Origin: Epiperipatus broadwayi | Lineage: Eukaryota; Animalia; Onychophora | Direction: 5' to 3' | DNA length: 64,000 bases | NCBI GenBank assembly: GCA_028023455.1 | Contig: JAQFVV010000008.1 | Coordinates: 15,748,001 to 15,812,000 of the forward strand | Program-made: the position numbers and the translations under genes | Shown: positions 54,901-64,000 of the stretch, piece after piece | Numbering within the stretch: position 1 is the stretch's first letter | Layout of the letters: the number at the start of each line of letters is the position of its first letter | Notes under the pieces: model-generated | Seen by the model: the letters and a program-made list of their open reading frames with translations, nothing else | Told to the model about the DNA's origin: nothing | Database searches by the model: none

Positions 54901-55703
54901 CTGGACCAGAAAATTTTACTTCTATTAAAATGCATTAAAAAATTATTTTTGGATTTCTAAAGTTGTTATCAATGAATGAATCAGGAAATCACAATCATTT
55001 ACTTGCTAATGATATATATTTTTACTGAAAGAATTTAATTACTTATCTCTAGAGATTTTAATTAATTGTTCTTTTCAGCTACTTAGAAAATAATATTTTC
55101 TGATCACATAAACTTTTATATTTTTAGTTATTCATCATCCTATTACAATTAACCATTTTATGTATATGTATTTAAACATATACACACATACATAACAGAT
55201 ACACAATAAACAAAGGAACTTTCTGTACTTTTGTAATTATTTAGCAATACCGTAAAACCAATTTTTAACACAGTACTTATCTATTATTCACACATCCATT
55301 TTAACATTTAAAGACCTAAAAAGTTCATTCTTACATCCCATTTGCTGTTCAATAAAAAAAAAAGACATAGTACATTTTATTGTTTAATGTTCCTAAAGAT
55401 GGAGAACTTCACAGAAATAAAAACCTATTCACATCTCAGATATGAATTGTGAATATACTTAAAGTAAAAATATTTTTGATGATGAACTAATGACTGATAA
55501 TAAATCAAGTGCTATCATAGTACTTGCTCAAAAGGAGGTCAATAGAGCTAAGATTAAGCTCAAGTTATAGATCTCTTTTTATTTGTATAACAAATATAAC
55601 TCTCATAGATAAGTTTAAATATTACAATACAAATCTCAAAAGAAGATTATATTATATAATGAGAGTGCCAATAGCTCTTAATAAGCTTTTCCGAATATTC
55701 CTA

Positions 55704-55746
55704 TCTTCAGACCGGTTTGTAGCTGTTAGCTTTCATCAGTGAGATA
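55704..55746 (-). ncRNA. Degenerate hammerhead (family C, minus copy)
   Basis: atctca CTGATGA A-AGC-TAACA-GCT-A CAAA C-CG-G TC tgaagat. G12 changed to C; palindromic ACCGGT helix III. Confidence 0.6.
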
Positions 55747-55923
55747 CTAGGATATTCAGGCATTAGATTTAAAAATACCAGGTCAAGCCCAGCTTTATCT
55801 AATACTTAACTATTAAGTAAAAAATCTGAAATATTCAGAAATCCATATATCTTCAAATCCAGCTATTTAACAAATACACCATATATTAATAGCTTAAGCA
55901 ATAGAACAGCAACAAAGCCTAGC

Positions 55924-55965
55924 ACCTCACTGACAAAAGCTAACTGCTAGAAACCAGTCTGAAGA
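55924..55965 (+). ncRNA. Degenerate hammerhead (family C, plus copy)
   Basis: cctca CTGACAA A-AGC-TAACT-GCT-A GAAA C-CA-G TC tgaaga. G8 changed to A. The consensus of the two C copies is a complete core. Confidence 0.6.
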
Positions 55966-57597
55966 TAGGGATATTCAGAAAAGTTTGTTAAGAGCTATTG
56001 GCACACTCATTATACAACTTTTGTAATACAAGCTTATTAAAACTAAGTCACTTGATGAATGACTTTATTTCATTGCAATTATAGTTTTGCTTTTGAAGCT
56101 TTGGTGATGTTATATCGTTAAAGCTATTAATATATGGTGTATCTGAATTTAGTTTAGTCCCATAAGGCTATTTAAGTTAGATAGTTGGATTTGAAGATAT
56201 ATGTATGTCTGAAAAATTTCAGATTTTCTTCTTAATTGTTAACTATTAGATAAATGCTGGGCTTGACCTGGTATTTTTAAATCTAATTCCTGAATATGAC
56301 TTGATTTCCTTGCAAAACTCAAAAAAAAAGACTTCAGTAAAGACTGCTTGCACAATATTACTTTATTTAAAAGCATGCCAAAATGAATTTCAAACAAATT
56401 TTGTTATCTATTTATTGTAGAAGCTGTCATTTTCAAATATAGTTTTATTATAAGAACCATAAAATGGCACCTGAATACTGATCCAATTACATGATACATA
56501 AAAGTAACTTATGAAATAATATACAACAATTAAGCATACATGACACCAGATATTCTGACATTAGTTTCCATGGAATAAATATATTAAAAATAAATGTCAA
56601 TTACTGTTTATTTTTAAAATTTTACTTATGCAAGTGTGGTTAAAAAAAATTTAATAGAAAATATTATGACAAAATTGTCTTTTATATAAAAATGCATATA
56701 CAGGAATTGGCCAATGAAATCATCAAAGTTTACTAACACAACAGCAAATTTATATAATAAATATGTCAGGGTTAAAATGAAGACATTTGAATGGGTCACA
56801 GAAATATAATGCCTTCACCCCTAAATTTTTCAGAGGAGTATAACAGAACATACAATCCGGTATATAAACACAAACGAAGACAAGAAATTTAGATAAATAT
56901 ATGGAACTTGGCTACACAGCTAAAAACAATTATTAAACAGTTGTGATGCAAATAGCTCTAACAGCTTGAGACACGTATATACAACTTCTTCTGGTAAACA
57001 AAAATGTAACAAGTGCACGATGGTTTTTCATTCGCAGTTTTTATATCCCTCTGTGTTCTTTTGTTTAAGTCTTATCTGCTACAGTTCTCCAAATTCTTTA
57101 TCGCATGTTTTCCAAAACCCTGCTTTTGATTGTTCTTAACTTTTAATCTCCGCGGCTTTGTTTGGAATTATAATTATTTCTATTATAATTATTTAACTTT
57201 AATTAGTTATTTTTATCTGTAATAAAAATAAATATCCACAGCTTGTTTAATTATTTCCGTTATAATTATTTAACTTTAATTAGTTATTTTTATCTTTAAT
57301 AAAAATAAATCTCTGCAGTTTTGTTTGGAATTATAATTATTTCCATTATAATTTTTTGATTTTATATTAGTTATTTTTATTTCCAAATAAAATAAGAGAA
57401 AACTTCTGGAGTAAATTGTTCCTCGAAACTTCGCTATTTATTTCTCAGCAAATGAATACAACACTTCCTCCCTCACTCCAAAAGTTAGAGTTTATTTATG
57501 TTACACATAATCATCCATTCTGCACAGTTTTCTTTTATCCCATACGAGTCTGGGCGGTTTCTCTTTTTCAGCTTGAAGAAACACTTGATTTTTCCGA

Positions 57598-58330
57598 TTA
57601 ATCGATATAACCTTGAAATTTGTGTGTACTCTTCTTTTTCCTTGCCGCCCTGCGTGCTTTTTTCTCCCACTTGGAGAAACTCTGGATTCCCTTTTGCTCT
57701 TCGGTTTTTGTCTCTGGCAGCTCACTATCTAAAGATTGCCGTTCTTCTAAAAAATCTTCGAAAGTGTTCATTTCATTTTCACTTACAGCCATCCTTTCTT
57801 GTAGTTCCATTTCATACTGTTGCCAACTCTCTAGCTGTTTGAATAATTCTGACATTGCGAGTTTACTTTTTAAATCTTCATCCAATCTTTCAAAACTCTG
57901 ACATTCTGAAAGTTTGCTTTGTAATTTTCCACTAAGTTCTGAATTTTGTTGTTCAAATTCTTCTTTTAATTTATTTGATTTATAAACATCCAGTTTTAAT
58001 TTGTGCACTTATTTTGATAGTTCTTTTGTCATCTTTTCATATTGTTGACTAGAAATGCTCGTATTGGTTACACTACATTCTAATTCTGTTACTCGTTGTC
58101 TAGAAGCCTTCAATCTTACTTGAAATTCTTCCAGGTCATTTTGTAATTTGTAATTATAACTTTTCAGTTCTTGTAACTGTAAGTTGAGTTGTAGCTCAGA
58201 TTGTGTCTTTTTCTGTAGCATTATAGCTAATTCTTGGTTCCTTGACTCCAATTCTTATAGTTTAGTGATATCTCTTTGTCCTTGCAAAATGGTCCTATAA
58301 TGCTTTTCCCCTTAGTTGATACATAATTAA
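57598..58330 (-). pseudogene. Coiled-coil ORF (~240 codons, two in-frame TAA stops) with basic C-terminal patch
   Basis: ORFs 58009-58251 and 57598-58008 are in one frame separated by a single TAA. The frame extends upstream past another TAA to ~58330. Heptad-rich E/Q/K/L sequence ending KWEKKARRAARKKK. Confidence 0.65.
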
Positions 58331-58379
58331 TGGTATACGTTGTACCATCTGTGCCTGGATTACATTTTGTTGTCATGGT

Positions 58380-59116
58380 TTTTTGCATACAGCTGCTCAA
58401 TGCCCTTTAAATCCGCAGCTAAAACAGTTTTCCTTCCTCCATTTGCAATTCTTAGAAACATGGCCAATTTTACCACAGCAAAAACATTTCACTGCTAACA
58501 CTGTCTCTCTCTTTATATTTTCATTCTTCGGCTGCTGTCTTTGATCCATTTTATAAACTGCCATTTTGCTGGTCTCTTCTGAGTTGTTTCTATAAGCTAG
58601 GGCTTGCTCAATTACTGCTTCATACGCTCTTCCTTTTTTAATAGCCACTTCGTATGATAAGTCACTTTCCGTTAATAATGTCTGTCATAATCTTTCGTCA
58701 TACATGCCCCACAATAACTGATCCAGCAAAACTTGTTCTAAAAATTCACCATAATTGCAGTTTTTTGCCAACTGTTTTAATACTATGTCATAGTCTTTAA
58801 TTTGTTCCTCCCTGTCTTGTTTTCTATTTCTAAAAGTTAATCCAGCTACATGTCTAGACAGCCTCGGGCTAAAATAGTCCATTAATTTTTTAACTATATC
58901 TTCAAACTGTACTCCATCGGTTATCAGTCCGTCCCATAATTTATTAACAATTTCTATGACTTTATGTCCTGCTAAACATAAAAGTGTGGCCACTTTTTTC
59001 TCATTATCTTTTATCCCATTCAACTTGAAAAAATTTTCCAATTGCATAATATAGAGAGGCCATTCCTCGGCATTTTCCATACTAAATTCGGGAATACTGC
59101 TTTGTCCTAACGACAT
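58380..59116 (-). pseudogene. gag with two CCHC knuckles (disrupted)
   Basis: MSLGQSSIPEF...WPLYIMQLENFFKLN...LLCLAG...YFSP, then [14 protein letters not shown] and [13 protein letters not shown]. Confidence 0.9.
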
Positions 59117-60828
59117 TTTACTTGTTTCAAAAAGTATCGGTTGACTTTCTCGTCTGGCCTATTTTTTCAAGCTTCACTAGGTTCGAACATTTTGACTGCA
59201 CCAATCTTGTAATGTCTTCACCCCTAAATTTTTCAGAGGGGTAGAATAGAACATACAATCCGGTATATAAACACAAATGAAGACAAAAAATTTAGATAAA
59301 TATATGGAACTTGGCTACATGGCTAAAACCAATTATTAAACAGTTGTGACGCAAATAACTCTAACAGCTTGATACACGTATCCAACTTCTTCTGGTAAAC
59401 AAAAATGTAACAAGTGTGCGATGGTTCTTTTGTTTAAGTCTTATCTGCTACACTTCTCCAAATTCTTTATCGCATGTTTTCCAAAACCCCGTTTTTGATT
59501 GTTCTTAACTTTTAATCTCTGCGGCTTTGTTTGTAATTATAATTATTTCCATTATAATTATTTAACTTTAATTAGTTATTTTTATCTTTAATAAAAATAA
59601 ATCTCTGCAGTTTTGTTTGGAATTATAATTATTTCCATTATAATTTTTTGACTTTATATTCATTGTTTTTATTTTCAAATATAATAAGAAAAAACTTCTG
59701 GAGTAAATTGTTCCTTGAAACTTCGCTATTTATTTCTCAGCAAACGAATACAAGAAGAAAATAAATAATTGCTTTGATAATACAACTTCTTTTAATCAAT
59801 TTGTTTGATATAAAAAAAAACTTCACAAAAATTGACTAGACTTAAAAAAGAAAGTGGTTGCTTAATATTAATGCTTGAGATTGTTTGATTCTGGTAAGGG
59901 TTTAATGCTGTTAGTATCCAGGATTTATAGCTCTTGTACATCGTATGAGCAGTTGTTCATTTAAGTTGAGCACTAATTTTTAAAAACAACTGCAGACTTC
60001 TTGGGTTTAAGCTCCATAATAAAATTACCCTCATTCATAGATAAGACTAATATCAAGTATATTGGGCTCAGAAACTATTCCATATGTAAGAATATTAATC
60101 TTATCTAAGCTAGTACGATTTTAGAAATTTTATATTTATCACAATTTGATTGTAAGATTTAATTTTGTAGTTTGTGGATAAAAAGCTTTCCTTAAATAAA
60201 TATCTATTCTAATATGCAGTGAAATTCATCCTCAGTTACCTACCTAATTGTGTAATTACACTGATGTAGATTGATAGGTAATTATGGTAGCATTCTTTGC
60301 AAGTGATAATATAAATTCGGATATTAATAATGTCATTAATAGTTTTTAAAAAAAGTTTGACAAATATGACATTAGAGAAAGAAAGGGTCAACTTCAATAA
60401 AATATGAATAGTTATAAAAATAGATCAATAAATTACAGCAAATCTTTCTTTATGATAATAATTTGTTGATACTTGAGCTGATCCTTGAACTCTAGTGACA
60501 TATTTAAACATTTTTTTAATAATAAAAAAATGTTGCTTTGCATAAGTTTTAGATTTATTTCAATAGATTTAAGTAAAAATATTATTGACAAATTTGGTTT
60601 TAATCTAATTTGTACAAATCTAGTATTGCAGTCAAAATTCTTATGAAAATAACATGAATATCATTTTCTATAGAAAATATCTTTAAAAGAAGATAAAAGT
60701 TGAACACTGTTAATAAGCAGAATATGAAGATTATGTTTGTATGATGAAAGAAAACTGATATTGGACAGAATATTTAAAATATTGAAACATTACTCATATA
60801 AAACTAAAATAATAATACAAATACAAAC

Positions 60829-60996
60829 CTGTACCAAATGCAGGAAAAGCAATGCTTGTACACTGTAAGCTATTTGCCATCATTAAAGATTCAAGAATAT
60901 TAGTTTCAAATGTATGATCAAAATTTAAATTTATATGAATAATTTTGGAACATAAAAGATTTCCACCAGTAGTAACTGTTATAGACTGTGGAAAAG
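60829..60996 (-). CDS. PARP14-like: Internal exon (168 nt, phase 1-1) of the first macrodomain
   Basis: Acceptor tttaatag|, donor |gtttgt. Encodes xFPQSITVTTGGNLLCSKIIHINLNFDHTFETNILESLMMANSLQCTSIAFPAFGT(G), paralogous to 2118-2294. An alternative acceptor 11 nt downstream (cttttccacag|, phase 0) cannot be excluded. Missed by the ORF track. Confidence 0.88.
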
Positions 60997-62084
60997 CTAT
61001 TAAATAAAATAATTAAAAAAAAACTTAAGTGCAATCAAAAAAACATTTTACAAATAGATAATATAAATATAAACAAGTTTATAAATTAGCAACAAAACTA
61101 AAAATTGGACAAATATTAACTAATTCCCTTTTATTTGTTCACTCAATGATAAAATAGTCATTTAAAAAGTTTCAAACTGCTTAGTGATAAGATGTCTATT
61201 TTATAAGATGCTTATTTAATAAGACAAATATTACAATGAAAAGTAATTACATATATCAATAAGGAGGATATAAATATCAGTGAATAAAATTCTAAGTTAA
61301 GAACAGGCCTATTGAATGTTAAAACAAAACTTATCAAACTAAAATAAATAGCTTTAAATAACCAAGATTAAAATAATTTTTTAAGACTTTTTTATTTGAA
61401 GAAAAAAGAAACAAGCAATTGGAATATAACTAATAAATTATCATGTATAGTATACCATTGTGGCCTGAGTTTAAATTTGGAATCATTATATTTATAAAAA
61501 AAAAAAAATTGTTAGCTTATTTTATTTTAATTCTAAATTAATTTAAAATAATCAAATAGTTTAGACAACACATTCTAATGTAAAATGGTATATGTATTTT
61601 CTAAAAAAACTTGGTGTATCAAAATTATCTCACAGCAAAAAATTTGAAAATATTTTATTCTTAGATGATATAATAAATTTAATAATGAGTATATATATTA
61701 TGTTAGGAATATATTAACAGGGATATATAAATGATTTTATATAATAGTAATAATAATGTAAAGTACTTATTAAAGAATTCACTTGTTGACATTTTATTTA
61801 CTGCATACATTTGAAAAATAAATATGTAAACATAAACAAACAAAACACTAAATTATTATTAAAGTATGTGTATGCATGTGTTAGTATGATTAGGCAATAC
61901 TGAATTATATGTATTTAAAAACATTGTTTTAAAATATTTAATTCATTTAAAATGGGTATTTAAAAAAATATGTTGATTATAGTATATAAAATAAATAAAT
62001 AAATGAATATCTATATTTTATTTAAGATATGATTTTATATGGTTATTAAATTTTTTTTTGATTTGTAAATATATAGATATATAT

Positions 62085-62180
62085 TTACATTATCTTAGAA
62101 CGTATTACATTCAAATATTAGCCTTTCAAGCTAATTGTGCATACGCTTTGCGAGTGTTAATAATAAATAATTACTTTGTA
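62085..62180 (+). repeat. Fragment of a third diverged member of the F1/F2 337-bp family
   Basis: TTAGCCTTTCAAGCTAATTGTGCATACGCTTTGCGAGTGTTAATAATAAATAATTACTTT aligns with F1 CAGCCTGTTAAGCTAATTGCGCAGACGCTGTGAGAATGTTATTAATAAATGAATACCTT. Confidence 0.55.
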
Positions 62181-63126
62181 ATATTTATTATTATAAAGTT
62201 AAGAAAATATTTTAATGGCATGAAACACTGAGATATTCACAAAAACATTTTATTGAGTGGATATATGAATAAATTTAACTCTTAATAACAGAATCCTTGG
62301 AGATGAACTGAATTTGAATTATTGTGTCATGGTAACAGTATCTAGGATAATGGTATAAATATGATATCATCAAAAAAAAAAAAAAACTATATAAACCCCA
62401 GATCTTAGTTTGGAAGTTCTCAATTTTCACTTCAATAGATAGCTACATAAAGTTTATGTGGTATGAATATTAATAATATTCTTCAAAATTTTAATTATGA
62501 ATATGATAGATTAAGCTAATAAACATTTGCTCAAAAGACATCATGTCTTTTGAAAATCTGCATACCATCAGATAAAATCATCTCATTGTGGAATATAATT
62601 TAAGTGCTACAATTCAACTCATGGAATACACAAAAATTGATAAATGCTGTAAATCAATATTAACATTGTGATATTTTATTAGGGAATATTTTGTTTAAAA
62701 ATTGGAAGCATCGTAAAAAAAAAAAAATGAATAAAATTTTCAATGCTATTAAGTTGAATATACCTGAATTTAAAAGCAACATCTATCTATGTAATACAGG
62801 AAATATGGGATTTCTAACAGATTCTTCAAAGAATTTTAAAATTTAAATTTATTGTTTTGTTTGTATTTATATAAAAATATATAAATTAATGATAAAAGTT
62901 TGATGTATCTAATAAATATTATTTCAATGGAATTATACTTTAAAAAATATTCCATGTAGGTATTAAAATAAATTCAACAGGTAGATTTTTTTTTATCCTT
63001 TATTTTTTTTTTTTAGTATGCATATATTTGTTTATAGTACAGAAAATATAATATTATCATTAAAAAAAGAGGTTAAATTATATAGTAAATAAAATTAAAA
63101 TATTTTTTAATGATAATATTAATTTA

Positions 63127-63909
63127 AGCCAATAAATATCACATGATCATCATTTCTTATGCCTGCTTATAACTGTTACTAAAACAGGCAAAACTCTCCA
63201 TTTAGTAATGCCACTCAGTGCAAGCCAGAGTAATCAATGGATGCCAGAAAGCTTGTGCATAAAATCCCCATCTAGTGCCTACTCATCTAACATCCCCAGA
63301 CTAGTTTCTGTCTTGTGGCCTTTGTCAGTGAGGAGCCTTGAATCTGAGAGCAATGTGCCTACTCCAGCAGCCATCTTTTATCTCTACTTAACTACAAAAC
63401 TGAGTCTTAAATTGAAAACCCAATAATATTTTCAATCCAAGCTCATTAGCCTATATAGTCATATAGGTCTGAAATCATAAAAAATGATGATCATGTGATG
63501 TTTATTGGCTTAAAACCAATCCTACCTAATAGGATAATAGTGGCTATGGTTATTAAAAAATCAAAGACACCAAAATTTATTGGTACTGAACTGAGTTCAG
63601 ACCTATATGACTATATAAGCTAATGAGCTTTGATTAAAAATATTATTGTGTTTTCAATTTAGACTCATAGTTTTGTAGTTAAGTAGAGATAAAAGATGAC
63701 TGCTGGAGGTTGCATTAGATCATAAGATCTAGGTGCAGTGCTCTCAGATCCAAGGCTCCTCACTGACGAAGGCCACAAGCCAGAAACTAGTCTGCGGATG
63801 TTGGATGTGTAGGCACTAGATGGAGATTTTATGCACAAGCCTTCTGGCATAAATTGATTACTCTGGCTTGCACTGAGTGGCAATACTGTATGGAGAGTTT
63901 TGCCTGTTT
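63127..63909. mobile_element. Penelope-type inverted-arm insertion, hammerhead family A (longest copy)
   Basis: Antisense arm 63180-63473 with a ~55-nt tail to its left, sense arm 63596-63909. An inverted copy of the tail end lies at 63483-63513. 13-bp TSD TAATATTAATTTA at 63114-63126 and 63910-63922. Confidence 0.85.
63755..63800 (+). ncRNA. Type-I minimal hammerhead ribozyme (family A)
   Basis: tcctca CTGACGA A-GGC-CACAA-GCC-A GAAA C-TA-G TC^ tgcgga (cleavage after 63792), palindromic ACTAGT helix III. The mirror copy at ~63292-63334 (minus) has CTGACAA and a helix-II mismatch. Confidence 0.75.
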
Positions 63910-64000
63910 TAATATTAATTTATTTATATGAAAGTATGTTTATTTGTTTTCATTAAATATATATTTGAAAGAAATAAGTTTTACATACAAATATTTACGG

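Larger units (their letters stand above)
55630..56305. mobile_element. Penelope-type inverted and permuted insertion, hammerhead family C
   Basis: Antisense arm ~55630-55870. Sense segments ~55910-56030 (hammerhead part) and ~56120-56305 (upstream part, i.e. circularly permuted order). Homologous to family B upstream of the ribozyme. Confidence 0.65.
56805..59752 (-). mobile_element. Non-autonomous Gypsy-derived LTR element: gag plus coiled-coil ORF, no pol
   Basis: LTRs 56805-57460 (TA...CA) and 59208-59752 (TG...CA). TSD AGAAA/AGAAG (one mismatch). PBS-like TGGTGCAGTCAAAATGTTCGAACC at 59180-59203; PPT GGAGTGAGGGAGGAAG next to 57461. Internal region only 1747 bp. Confidence 0.9.

Noticed and set aside
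22530-63334. Idea that all host-sense hammerheads were inactivated by selection
   Set aside because: True for A and C, but the host-sense B copy can form a complete core and the antisense C copy is also broken; n is too small.
63208-63883. Two similar 72-aa ORFs (63208-63426 plus, 63665-63883 minus)
   Set aside because: Antisense to the ribozyme strand in each arm; similarity is due to the inverted repeat.

Overview
Very AT-rich animal (probably arthropod; inference) genomic DNA. The whole window lies inside one minus-strand gene encoding a tandem-macrodomain protein (PARP14/PARP15-like). Five coding exons (60829-60996, 39955-40143, 17169-17279, 13732-13803, 2118-2294), all GT-AG and phase 1-1, splice into one open frame covering the C-half of one macrodomain and most of the next. 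The introns are packed with mobile DNA. LTR elements: a full-length decayed Ty3/Gypsy (28795-34388, 5-bp TSD), a pol-less LTR element carrying gag plus a coiled-coil ORF (56805-59752), and a nested Gypsy/solo-LTR/LINE/Penelope cluster (42.3-54.9 kb). Other elements: RTE and other LINE fragments, tRNA-SINEs and fold-back elements. The most notable signals are small RNA-structured retroelements. (i) Three families of inverted-arm Penelope-type insertions carry type-I hammerhead ribozymes, two with a non-canonical A-A pair closing helix II. (ii) Two diverged, collinear families of ~337-nt concatemeric, TSD-flanked repeats have covarying stems and shared end points but no recognisable hammerhead, making them a candidate circRNA/retrozyme-like element with an unidentified catalytic or processing motif. 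All assignments are by eye; no database searches were run.
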